From Chlorokybus atmophyticus (taxonomy: Eukaryota; Plantae; Mesostigma and Chlorokybus algae), in assembly GCA_009103225.1 (NCBI GenBank), contig RHPI01001507.1:62001-126000 (forward strand): 64,000 bases of DNA, in the 5' to 3' direction. The position numbers were made by a program, and so were the translations under genes. This document shows, piece after piece, positions 22,654-35,133 of this stretch; the stretch's first letter is position 1; the number at the start of each line of letters is the position of its first letter. The notes beneath the pieces are model-generated. The model saw nothing but the letters and a program-made list of their open reading frames with translations. It did not search any database and was not told where the DNA came from.

Positions 22654-25600
22654 TTATTGATGCCAATCCCCAGGAACGGGCGTCATCTCTTCAGGGCGCG
22701 GCAAACGCGTCAACCGTAAATAGGCCCTGTTTGTCACAGGCGACAACGCCACACACCACAATCCAGGAGCAAAAGCTTCCTGCATGAGGACAACAGTAGT
22801 TAATTGTAGCATTGCACCTTGACACTTGTGCACTGTCATTGCATACGCTAGCAAAGGAAACACAATTTTATAGTACGTTTTGCCTTGAAACGTTGTTGTT
22901 TGCTGTATTGTTCGGCGCATCCACATGGATTGTGCCAAAGTGATTAAATGCAACCTGTATACTGCTCACATTACCTTTGTAGTATCTGAACTGCGTCACT
23001 GTTCCCAAGAACCCATTGGCTACACCATTGTGCAATGAAACGTTTTAAAAAAACAACACCTTTGCTACCTTGGCGACTGAAGGTAATAAGTTGAACTTGG
23101 GCTTGTGAATTCAGTCGTACAATTTGGGCACGTTCACTGCATTATAAGTACTTTGTATTGGCATAATGGCATCGGCTGCAAAACGTTGTCTCACAATCAT
23201 GCTGTTGAAAGCCAATGTGTCTTGTACATGTACACGTGAACACAATATGGTTGCATCACTTGGTAACTGCTGTAAGTACTCCAAAGTGACCAGACAGCAA
23301 CCTAACGCATCTGCTATCTCTGTTACACTGGGTATGCAAAAATGAATCTAAATTAAGAATCAAGAATTGAGCAAACAGGGGGTCTGAAGCATGACGCACT
23401 GAAACGGAAAGAATATGTTGCCTATGTAATGGCCACCTCTGTAATGCAGAAATATGGCATTTGTGGCAAACCTGCGATGTGTCTTGAACTTCGTGTCCAC
23501 AAACTGCTGGCAGTTGCTTATGGTCACCAACCAATACAACGCCAATTGTTTGTAAAAATTCTAGTCCATGAGCTTGCTGTAAGCGCAGCATCACCAAATT
23601 AAACAACCGCAATGTCAACATGGAAAACTCGTCAATAATAAACACTCGACAATGATGTAGCAGTTTGTAAGCATCATCTATAGCAGTTACAAACCGGAGT
23701 TGCTGACCATTGACATATTGTGAAGTTGGAATGTACAGTTGCAGCAGATGAGCTGAGCCGCAGAGCCGCATCGCTAGTTGTAGCACTGAGTAAAACAGGT
23801 ATCCCAGCGACGCGTAACTTGTGAGTGATGAATTTGGTCAAAAATGTTTTGCCTGCTCTTGGACAACCGGATATTACATGTAGACCAACCGGTGCTGCAA
23901 TGATACTGCTGGCGGTGCGTTCTTGCTGGCTAGTCAAAGAGAGATTGTTCGCAAACGCAAACTCCGCAACATTCAATGTACATTGAAACATATGCGCTGA
24001 TACATCCGAGTCCGTTGTCACAGTTGAAGCTGGATGCAGGATTGGACAGTGTTGCTGCTGAATATTACGTGGTAGGTTCTGGTGCAGTTGAGTTGTCTGT
24101 CGGACCAGCTGCGGTCATAGACAAGGCAAGCATAGCATTATCAGTGGTCTGCATCATGGCGTTCATTATATGGTAAATCTTGACATTATTGTATAGATGA
24201 CGTTCGGCATAGCGCGGGACATGTGTCAACAAACTGCGGTTTGCGTTGTTAATAAAACCCCGCAATACACACTCTTCATAGTAAGTGCGTGATTGGTTGT
24301 TCAATGAAATCAATTCAACTTCAGAACGAAAAGTACCCCGCTGAAGAAGTAAATTGAAACAAAACCCCTCAATGCTGTGTACAAGATGGTAATCCGTAAA
24401 TTTGATGATGCGTGGGACAGCTTACTCATATACAAATGCCTTCAGTATGTCTCTTAAATTATGCACAGTGTTATGTGGAACAGTGTCTCCATCTCGGCAT
24501 GTGTTGTCGAAAGTAGTTGTACATTGTTGCTCTTTCTACCTCGTCAGGCCTAACACAATTACGATGAATGGGCTGCACAATTGCTGTCCGTGCACAAATG
24601 TTCACTATGCGGGAACGATCGTTAGGCAAACGCGTGTCAACACATGTTACATCTGACGACATTTGCATGATGGGAATATCCAAACATATCAAAGTAGCTT
24701 CAGCTGAAGCAATGGGTTTGGACAAGTGCTTTGTGTTCAATATGCGCAATATGTTAACAGTCAATCCTTGCAAACCGAGTGCATTGGTATCTGATGTATC
24801 ATTAACAGTGCCACAAGGTTCCATTTTAGTTGTGTACTTGATTAAATACTTGCTGCAACGACTGTTAGTGACTTGCAACACATTACAATGAGCACCCCAC
24901 ATCAATAAAAGCACTGGATGTGTGGGAACAACATTGCGGTCACAAGTGCGTGGTTTGTAATGATCGTACCTGCGCATTTTTGTGTTAAACTGAGGTCGAC
25001 GATTCGGTTGTACGGGATATGGAAAGCCCATGTCGCACGTGGTGTTAAATGCTATGCAGCCACTGCCAACATTAAAACACTTGTGCATCTACTTGCATAC
25101 AACAAATTCATAAAGACTCGCAGCTTGGAATCAGTTGGTACAATTATTCGTTGATTTGCATGGTCAACATCTCCGGGGATAAACGCAGTAATTTTATTGC
25201 AAACTCGTTCAACATCATCGGGGTGTAACGACAACATAACATGTGCATACAAAGATCCACTCATAATATAGTGCATCACACATTCAAAAATATCCTTTTG
25301 CATCATATATTCTTCATAGAAGGTGCTAAACTGATGATGAAACAAACATGCGCACTCACCAGGGACACCGCGCCAACTAAGTTGCGTGGAGACGTTATAG
25401 TGAACATTTTGCAAATCAATGATCTCAGGGAATTTGGTACTGGACACTTCATCTGCAGTCATGGTGACAAAGAGATGAGGCATACCCCAATGCTCAACTA
25501 GACACAGCAGCTCACTCAACTTTTATCGATGCCAACTCGGAGATTCAATATTGTCACCAGGGAGACGAAATTTTATAGCGTTATTGATGGCATCATTGAT

Positions 25601-26400
25601 TGTGGCAGTAGGGCGTTATTTGAGGAACTTTTCAATATCAGCGTCCACAGCCACTTTGCGGCACTTTTTGACCATGAGAAGTGATTGACGGATTTCATAC
25701 ATTAACAGCAAATAAGGCTTGTACAATATGAAAATTGAGAACGATTGTGTGAGATGGAAATTGACATAATCTGACTGTCTGTTGTACACATTACCATCAA
25801 AAAAACCATGATTGTGCAAAAACAACATGGGAAACAGAGCAGACTCTATAGTTAAACTAGGAATGTTGCACGCACCACCTGTATCCATGTGTATAAAAAG
25901 AGGAATACAAGGCTCATGCAGCGACATATGTCCAGCGCGCAACATGATGTCCACTGTGACTTCCACTGTGCTGTGCGAAGGAAATTGCAACAAAGTGGTT
26001 ATAACGTATGTGTATGCTGATTTACAAGCAATGTTAAAAGGAGTACGATCCTGTGCTCGAATTTTAATGCTACAAATAATGGATTAACCAACGGTGGGAA
26101 TGCCGTCAGAACCAAACGGTTGTTCTGCCAAGGTCTGGTATTTCTGAACAAGAGTGCTTGATGATAATAGCTCGCTCAACGATTCTAGTGCATCTTGCCA
26201 ACAGGAAAGCATATCATTGCAGCCGTCCCGCAATGCTGAAACAAATTGCGGTGTTGCTCGTGAGTCACAGCGGCATGAAGAAACATTACCAACTAGAACA
26301 TATCAATCGCCCTGGCATTTGTCGCCATCAGAAAGAACCATCTCGCACACAGTCCAGCAATTAGGGCGTGCACTGATGCAAAGTCCACATAAAAAAATAC
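22654..26400 (-). pseudogene. Helitron Rep-helicase (HUH endonuclease + PIF1-like SF1 helicase)
   Basis: ESALFPMLFLHNHG; Rep motif 1 LFVTMTA; motif 2 GSLYAHVML (HxH-like); motif 3 KYLIKYTTK; Walker A SGCPRAGKT; Walker B IIDEFSML; VGDHKQLPAV; SVRHASDPLFAQFL; PLLAYAMTVHKCQG; FAPGLWCVALS. Many stops and frameshifts. Confidence 0.93.
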
Positions 26401-27048
26401 ATCTGATGTGTTGCGATATGAATACATATGCTGCGATATGGTTAGCAACCTCCAGTTTCAAGTGTTTCAAAACTTAATATTCAATGTAACATGTACGCCA
26501 CGATACGTGCGGTGATTATTAAGTAAGTAATGCCGAGGTTACAACCATGAAAATGATGCTAACCTGAATTACCTTAACGTTAAGATTCAACCAAACGAAT
26601 AATTGCATCGTTAGGCCACCATTTGGTCACGCATGAAATTGGTCAAGTGGGATCGCAACGGTGACAACAGCCTTTGCTGAAAAAGTCAGCAAAATGGCCA
26701 ATCATTGCAGAGATGCGTAATGATGCTGAAAACTATCTTAGCGGCAACTGCTTACCAATGGCGACCCAAAATCGCCAGGGATTCGGTGCAATTGCAGCAC
26801 AGTTGATGGTTAAAACGACCGCGGTTTGGGCGGTATGAGGTCGGGGCAGGCCCCATACCCCAAAGACATGCCGCTACTACTCACCCCCGTTCTAACTACT
26901 CTACTCTACCATAACGCTCATTGATTACACGCTACAATTACTGCGTCATCAAACATGGTCAACAGCCGCATAAAAGCAGTATAGATAACGACACATTGAA
27001 TTGTAACAACCAGAGTGCGCTTGCTGTCAGCCACACGGCTTAACTTTG

Positions 27049-27239
27049 AAGGACCATGCATGGTCCTTTCACGGACCCCGCGGACCATGCATAAACCCTA
27101 CCCCGCGGGCCAGGACTGGCTGGTCCGCGGGGGACGGACCGGTCCGGATCCGTTCGGGGCCCCGCGGCCCGTGAGTAGCTGGCGCGGCAACGCGTACCAC
27201 GCACAGTCCGTGCCGCACCATGCATGGTGCGGCACGGAC
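27049..27239. repeat. GC-rich palindrome cluster
   Basis: Perfect 20-bp palindrome AAGGACCATGCATGGTCCTT (27049-27068) and perfect 34-bp palindrome GTCCGTGCCGCACCATGCATGGTGCGGCACGGAC (27206-27239); degenerate copy at 27800-27835. Confidence 0.9.
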
Positions 27240-28833
27240 CATTAATGTACGTTGACCCGTGCATGCGGACCAGGTGCGGTCCCGCGATACTGTGGCCTTA
27301 CTAGCGCGCACCGTACAGTCTACCCGCGCTAAGAGACTTCGCTCCAAGAGAATAACCCCGCTTATAGCATGAAATGTGAGATTACTAATGGTTTTACAGG
27401 CAAATGTTGGTGCCTAAGAGATTATGACTAACCGCAAAGAGCATATCATTTTGTCATGAAATTCGTGCAAGTTTGAGTGTGCATATTCCCAACATTGAGG
27501 GAGGAGACGTGACGGGGGTGGCATAAGGCGTGATGAGCGTGACAATTAGGGCATGATGGGCAGGGTGTGACGCGCAACCAGCGTGATGAGTGTAATGGCG
27601 CGACGGGCGTAGGCTGATGCGCGTGACGTAATGAGCGTGACGGGCGTGATGAAACCGCGTTTATAGCATATTTATGCTCTTGACATCTATGAGCATGTTA
27701 TTCTCTTAAACGCCAAGAGCATAACCTCGCCAAGAGCATACGATTGCTGAAGACAAACAGTATGCTCTTAGCGAGGGTTGACTGTACATGGTGCCGCCCG
27801 GTCCGTGCCGCACTGTGTACGGTGCGGCACGAACCAGTGACCGCGGCCCTGCCGCTATCATGAGTAGGTAGCAACAACCTACATACGGTACAATAGATTG
27901 CCTAAATGCCTGATTGCACAAGTGCACTTGACGTGTTAATTGACAAGCCGCACCGACTGCTAGCTATACACCGTGGACAGCCGTAATTTGATAGCTGCAA
28001 ATGGTCGGCGGCTGATTGACAGCCGGCCGGAATTAAGCTTAAGGGAATGGCTATGCAACTAACATACTTCATAATACCGTACGTGTATTTGCAAAAATTT
28101 GTGATTATGCACCATTAATATGTTTTATGCGTTATAAGTATCTACGTATATATAAACAATGTACATGTGTATACGTCAATGTATTATACATACTATACAA
28201 TATATATATGTAAATGTTAGCGTGTGCACAAATGAATCTATTCTTATACGCATAGATGCGCAGGTCCGAGTGGTTATATCAGTAGTAATTTGAGGTGAGA
28301 CGTACACAAGGTATGTCTTATATGAAAATATGTATAAGAAGTACACATAAGCTACGTCACTAAGTACAATAGCCTCTTATGAGACCGCAAATTGATTGAC
28401 AACCCCGACCAAGCATTGTGTCTAACCAGCCAATAAGCACCTACGTTGGTGCCGCAATGCGGTTTGGTATTTATATCATGTAAGCGCATAGATTTATATA
28501 TTCACAAACGCTTACATATAAAAACATATAGGTGTGTGTGTGTGCACGCAAACAGGGTATTAACAACCCCTAACAAGGTTACATACTTATGGACAGCCCC
28601 CAACAACGCATTGTTGTTTACAAACCTTGGCAGTCGCTAAGTTGCGGCTGTGTGTGTCATTAATAATGATCTAAGATAATGTAATACCGTTGATGAATAC
28701 TGGTACAGCATATGCACATTGATAGCGCATGCATGCCTATGGGCCTGTCAATTCACAACGCCGACTTCTTGTGCAATTTTCGCCGCCGACAGTTGCCAAG
28801 CGGCCATCGGTACAATCAATTATGCAAGTAGTA

Positions 28834-31800
28834 GGGTAAGTGTCCCATATTTTGGACACGAGATCTAATTAAGGGTAGGTTTCAAGCTATGATGCTTATA
28901 TACGATGTGGGGTTGTAATAGCTTGTTGTCAAGCCTGTTGTGTCTACTGTTTGACACACTTGACGGCAAATTTGTAGCGTATCTATTGCGCTTGCAGCAG
29001 TTAGTGAAGTGGAGAGGTGTCTGTGATCGGTCTAAAAAGGCTGATGGCCTAAGTTCGAATGGCTGAAAATGGCTGCTTTCAGCCTGTTCTAGCGGGTTGT
29101 TGGCCTTTGACAGCCCTAAGCCTGTGCTACCGTGCTGTCCTGGCCACTTGTGGCCTGTGACATGCCTCTCAACCTAGCCGCCATCGCCACAGCGGTTGGT
29201 TGTTGTTGTTGTTGGGTGTCCGAACTGAGGGGAGGTGGTAGGCGCCCGCTGCCTTGTTGCCTTCCTAGCCGTGTTGTGGGGTCGAAACGCTCAGCCCGCC
29301 AATTTAGACGCCACCATGGTGCATGGTCCTACTGTCCCTGCTTGCGCCAGGGGTTGGCTGAAACCCTCAACTTGCCGTTGCCCTTGCCTTGCAACCATTG
29401 CAGGTTTGTGGTGATTGTCTTGTTATGTATTCTGTTGTGGTGGCTGTTTGTGTTGATCTTGCCTATGGGACTGTGGTGGGCAATGTGATGAAGGTTGGGG
29501 ACATTGTGGAGCAGTACAGTGGAGAATTGGCTTATGGACCTGCCTCTGGGCGGCTGAGTGCCGACTAACTTGGCCTTCGGGCCACTGACACTGTGTGTGT
29601 GTGCACATGCTTTGCATGTGCAGTGTCATAAAGTGATCTAGCCAATGTGCTAGCTAGGTAGTCCCAAGCTGGTGTGTTGTAATGCCCCGGCCCCCGTGAC
29701 CCATGTATATAGCCACTCTAATGTACCTCCCGACCCTCATCGTCTTGTGTCCAATGCATGCATGCTGCGTTGCCAATTGTCTGTACGCATTGTCTGTACG
29801 CATGCCCCTTTGTGCACTGCATTCACACACTGCAGGTGCGTACACATTCAAGTTGTGCACTGTATGCATTGTCCCTTGGCAAAGCACTAGTAATGCATGA
29901 AAGCTATGCACATTGCAGCAAATGTCTGATACAAATCGAAATTAGTGGAGACCCCTAGCTGCCTACTTGAGGTGAAGCAAGGTTTGGGCTGGAGTTGTGT
30001 TTGCAATTGCAGCATCAACCACCGCATTCGCCTGCTGCATGCGTGTTGCTGTTGGGGACATTGATAGATAGCGCGTAGGGTGCGGGCTGCATGTGGGGCT
30101 TGGTTGTGGTGTGAGGTTGCGCAAAGGGTGGTCTAGGTAAACTGCACCCTGGGCCTGAGACGCCAAGCTAATGATGCAAGGCCTCGCGCCAGCAGGTGTG
30201 TTGATATGGTTTGGACCTCCTCTTGCCATCGTTGCTTGATGTGCTAGCAGCTTGGCCTGCTTGGCAATCTCCTTGATTGCCTTGGCAGCTTCCCTCTCTG
30301 CCCTGGCAGCTTCCTTGTCAATTCTCACCTGCTGCTTCTACCATGCCAGCACCTCTAGGCTGCCCTCTGCACACGAAGTTCTGCAGTCAACCCCTTCACC
30401 CGAGCCAACTCCTGCTTCTTGTTGGCTGCCGCCAGCTTGCGCGCCTCAACAGCAGCCTTTTTTTCTGCAAGCTTAGCCTTTTTTGCTTGCAGGGCCTTGA
30501 TGTATCCCTCTAATGTCAGGCACAAAGAGCCTTGAATTCGTGTAGCGTTGGTGTCCTGTTGCCAAGCAGAAGGTCCTGCCCAATTTTGCATGACCCCGAA
30601 GTTGACGTGGGTGGTGTTGGCACCACCAGCAGCAACAGCAGCAACCCCCACCGCAGGTGGGTCCTTGTTGACACTAATGTTGTAATTGTTGTTGGTGGTG
30701 GTGATGTTGACATTGTTGTGGTTGACAATGCTTGGCATCATAGGCTTTGAAGGATCATTCTCCTTGTCGCTGATGCTCTACTCATCTTCTGTAGCACCTG
30801 AGTCAGCCTCCTCGTCAACACACATAGGCACTCCTTGACCATCCAACACTGGGCCGCCAACTTCATGCTGCACTTGTGCGTGCGACAGGTCAGATGTAAT
30901 GTCCTCAGCTGCTGGTTTGGGAAGCTGTGGCATATGGTCGTCCAAGGCATGCGTGTTAATTGGTCATATGCCTGCCAAACCCACATTATTTGGGCCACTT
31001 CTTACAATGCGTGTAAGACTTGCATGTTGCTCAAACTGACTTTTTTAAGCCACAGAAGATGTTGGCAAGTGTCATGGCGAGGTAGAAGGGCTTTGCTATT
31101 AGCTAGACGAACTTCAGCTTGGTGATTGGGCAGGTGGGATCCTATACGTCGGCAGTTGAGGAACTCTGATTGGTAGTGCTGCTTGAGCACTCTGAAGCAG
31201 CTCACATCAAGTACCTAAAAGGTAAGAAACACAGCAGCATCAGCATACAACCACTCAGCCACCTTAATTGACAACTCTTGCATTGCACCCACTTACCTAC
31301 AGAAGGTGTGTCATATGCGCTGAGAAAGTAACGGTGACCCCATTGTCCCGTGCCATCTCAAGCAACTCAGGATTCATGCGTGACGAATGGCCGTCCAGCA
31401 GTAGAAGAACAGGCCTGGAGATGCTGGCACCACCAGGTATGTGTTTCAGAAACCTTTAGAACCGGTCAACAAACAACTTGAGTGTCATGAACGCATTCTC
31501 TTGCATACGCATGAAGGCACCTAATGGGCCAGCTTGCACATAGTTCTCATTGAAACGTGCCCCCTTGAGGATGTACATGAGAGGCATCTAGTTGCTAGCA
31601 ACGCTCATGCACGCCATCACGCGCATGTGTTCGCTACTACCAACCTGGTTATAATTGGAGTCTTTGTACCCCTTGTTGCAAATCACCTTGACAGTTCCTG
31701 CCATGCAGCTTGTCATCACCACCCTACTAACATCAACAGCAAATCATGATTGCGTGCAGCAATATACCAAGCTTATTTGGCCCAAAGCCAGCCTCGTTCG

Positions 31801-32998
31801 CATGGAAGATGCGTGAGGGATCATCAATGCCCAACTCCTCCAGAGTCCTGACGTACAAGTAAAGAAACCCTCCACATTCTCCCTTGTGCAAGCTTGCCAC
31901 CTCCTCCTATCCATACCCTCAGTAACTCTGGAAGGTGTCTTGACATGAGCAAGCGCAGCCATTTGTAGCCAGGGCATCCAGCGACACCAAACCTCTTCAG
32001 CCGCTCCTTGGGATCACCATTTAGCATATTTACCACTTATGGCCACTACAACTTGGTGAGACACTTGCACACTGCACATACACACACACTTGCACTTGCA
32101 GACACACACGCGCACACGCAGACTTCACCTTCTGAAACAGGGCTGGGTGAGTAACACCAAAGCTGCTGTCAGCACACCATTTAATCCACCTCATCAGCTC
32201 CATCTCTTCTGCACCAGTCACAACCGATGAACGCCCACTAAGAGTGCGAAGCTGCAGCTTCTTAAAATTGTGCACATAGTCATAAAGGGTGGACTTCGCA
32301 ACGCCATGGGTGGCAGCAAATATTTTAAGCCGCATACCAGCCTTGACATCATAAACAGCAACTACCATCTTCAACAGATGGCTCTGGCCTTTGGCCTCCC
32401 CGTTAATGTAATGCGTACCCTTGCGCCTAGTTGTGCCCAAGCAGCTGCGTAGAGCAACTTTGCTGCGTCCCCTGAAGCGTTTGCAAGGGCCAGGAGCTGT
32501 GGGTGTATAGCATGGCTGCCAGCTGCAAGAGTAGTCTCTTGCAACATAAGCATGGTTAGACGCAGTGCAGCCGCGGCCACAGCACACACACTTGCATAGC
32601 AACTACCCTCCCTATTATGCTGAGCACCATCACCTCACCTCGTCTCCTTGTGTGCTCTATGTGTCTTGAATTGCATGCGCTCCAGGTGTGCCTCTTGTGT
32701 GCACCATGTCTGCCTCCCTCCCTGCCCACCACACAGCCACCCCCCACCTTGCAACCCAAACACATCGCCCAACACTTGCACACCACCGCCACATTAGGCG
32801 CCTACACCTTCACACCATGCTGATGCTCACACTTTCGCGCCAAAACTGATCCAATTAGGCTGAACATTGCCAGAGGCATGGCATTAACTGCTGCCTACAC
32901 GCCAAACTAATAACCACCTCATGTACCGCCAAATGCATCATGCACAGCGGGATGAGTATCTACAAGCACGCTTTGTCCAAACTTAGTAACACTTACCC
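28834..32998 (-). mobile_element. Tc1/mariner superfamily, pogo/Fot1-like DNA transposon (4.2 kb)
   Basis: 25-bp TIRs GGGTAAGTGTCCCATATTTTGGACA (28834-28858) and TGTCCAAACTTAGTAACACTTACCC (32974-32998), 20/25 identical, each flanked by TA; DDE transposase inside. Confidence 0.88.
29963..32420 (-). pseudogene. pogo-type DDE transposase with introns and a long Lys/Ala-rich C-terminal tail
   Basis: HTH (ATHGVAKSTLYDY), CENP-B-like HTH (EEMELMRWIKWCA; GYKWLRLLMSRH), RPVLLLLDGHSS, THLL*|VLDVSCFRVLK joined across a phase-0 GTAAGT..TTTTAG intron (31215-31296). Confidence 0.85.
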
Positions 32999-33020
32999 TA
33001 CAGTGTCTCTACCGGGACGT

Positions 33021-33093
33021 GCACATGCAGCTTAGTGGTTAGGGTGTCTTGTTTGCAATGCAAAGTTCTTGGGCTCGACTCTCGGTGGACGCA
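33021..33093 (+). pseudogene. Degenerate tRNA-like sequence (tRNA pseudogene or SINE head)
   Basis: 73 nt with A-box-like CAGCTTAGTGGTTAGG, T-arm TTGGG-CTCGACT-CTCGG (CCGGG-TTCGACT-CCCGG after reversing C>T), loop TTGCAAT, 3' TGGACGCA; acceptor stem pairs poorly. Confidence 0.35.
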
Positions 33094-33616
33094 TGTGTTC
33101 GTTACTAATCGTTTATAAAACGCTGCGGCCTTGTGCACTGCAGCCTACAACCCCACAAGCCGGCGTGGCCGGTGCCGTCGGCTCACAATAGAGTACTTTT
33201 CCTTGCATTTGCAACACAATTCGATGGTTATGAATAAACATCGATGGTCCGCTGGCCGGACCGGTAATAGTTGTTCGTGATTAAGTCCCTGGTAAGTACA
33301 TTTTCGTGATTAAGTCCCTGGTCCGCCGGCTGGCTCGTACATGGTCCTGATGCGACTTGAAACCGGGCGGACCAAACATGGTGCGACCCCCAATATAAAT
33401 GGGATTGTTCACATGAGATTTGGACCATGCATGATCCAACTGTCAATGACAGTCAGATCATATATGATCCACCAATTTTTCTAAGCAGGGCAAAATCTCG
33501 GCTCGAAGGCACGGATCATTCATGGTCCGTGAATGTCAAGCGGTGCGAACCAGCTCATTCACAAATTCTTAGGGGTATGGGGGGTGTAATGAAGTGCTAC
33601 CTCTATAAAGGTTCCC

Positions 33617-34040
33617 TGTTAAGAAATAGTGTGCATGTATGCGCCTACCTAAACACATGCGCTCACACTAGGGGAACACTAAGTGTAACATACAAGCATG
33701 TCAATACCAAAGAGAGTTGTATTGCAGTTGCACCTATATGCGCCACATACAGTGACTTATATACTAAGGTAGTTAACATTAAAAAGAACTAGTCACCTCT
33801 AAAAAAAGTCAACTTCAGTCAACTCTAGTCAACATTAATCAACGGCCACAATTAACACGAGTTAACACTAGTCAATGGGCAAAGTCAAAGTTGACTATAA
33901 CTGTCATAAATCCCATAACTCCTGTTGACTGTAACTATCATAGCGTAACCGGTGCACATGTCTAAGTAACATCAATGAGCTAACAGTTTATTATAATAGG
34001 CATATTATCTTAGCAAACCTCATATGCTTAACCTTAAACA
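33617..34040 (-). repeat. Solo LTR, Copia family A
   Basis: TGTTAAGAAATAG...CCTTAAACA, collinear with the other family A LTRs; no TSD found. Confidence 0.88.
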
Positions 34041-34190
34041 CAGCTATATGGCGGCATTGCTAATGCAGAAGCCGCCATAGCTAGGGCATCTTCTGCTCCG
34101 GCAATTGCCCCTGGCGGCGGCGATAGGCCTGGCGGGGTTGGAGGTGGTATTGGGGTAGGGGATTGAAGGAGATAGCACCCCCTCTTTTTA
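34041..34190. repeat. Unclassified repeat end (second copy at 50610-50760), possibly a hAT-like terminus
   Basis: Both copies start CAGCT(A/G)TATGGCGGC...GCCGCCATAG(C/G)..AGGGCATCTTCT and diverge after ~150 bp; no partner TIR found. Confidence 0.4.
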
Positions 34191-35133
34191 CAGTTGTATC
34201 GCAGTAAGGGCGGCGAGGGGTTTGTGGGGGGCGGCGACGGCTTTGGTGGTTCAGCGGCGGCAGGTGGCAGCGACTGCAGTAGTGGCGGCGGCGGCGGCAA
34301 TTAGGAGCCGCTACCCACTTAAATGGGTAGTGGTGGTTGATAGCTAGTTGTTGTTAATTGTTGTATTACTAGTTGCTGTTGCCACTGTAGTTTAGCCATG
34401 CTTGTTTGCTTAGCCTAGCATAGCCTAGGTTGCCTGGCTTAGCTTGCTGTTAGGGGAGGCGGCCACTCAGGCCTTTCCTCTAAGCGTTGCATGCCCAGCA
34501 CATGATATTGTTAATTGCAACATGAATGAACTCTTGTGTGCTTGTAGGCTGGCCATCGCTTGAATTCGTAGTGGTGTGAAGGGTTTGAACTTGTTATTTT
34601 AACATTATCAACCTTATTGAGGCAGTCCGGTGGCAACATCGCATGTCATGCCGCCAGTCAGTGCGGTGGGGCCGCTAAAGTATTACTGTGCGGCCAATAT
34701 CAAGCACATAAATTTTAAGTTTGTTGATATCGGCTTGTGGGGCCGATTTCACAAAATACTTGCACTTTGTTTGTAAATTGCAATTGTGAGTTGAGTTGAG
34801 TTGTACAAAGTGAAAACTTTGTGTTGCTATAATTTGGAAACCATCGCATAGATTCGCGTGCATTTTGTTTCAAAGCAAGTGTCTAGTTGAAAGGTGTGAG
34901 AAGAGCTCTGCTTTGAGCTGACTACTTCACACTAAGCACTTGAAAACTGACTAAAACAAATTAGGAGATATTAACACCTTTGAAGTGCACAACTTGTGTG
35001 TTTGCGCACTTGCACACTTCCATTACCAACGGCTGATGTTTTTGAGCACATGTCTGACCAAGGAGAGGAGATGCGGGGTATCCTTCCATGGCCGAGAAGT
35101 TAACACTATACGAGCCATGTATTGATAAGGAAA

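Noticed and set aside
27505-27650. GCGTGA(T/C)G(A/G) 9-bp reiteration
   Set aside because: Degenerate minisatellite; no further structure found.
16550-28830. Defined Helitron termini (5' TC, 3' hairpin-CTRR)
   Set aside because: I could not identify convincing ends by eye, so no full element boundary is reported.
33612-34045. TSD for the solo LTR at 33617-34040
   Set aside because: Flanks TTCCC and CAGCT do not match; probably recombined or overwritten by the adjacent repeat.
34034-34300. Pro-rich 88-aa ORF (extensin-like)
   Set aside because: Translation of a G-rich low-complexity strand inside an unclassified repeat; not conserved in the second copy at 50610.
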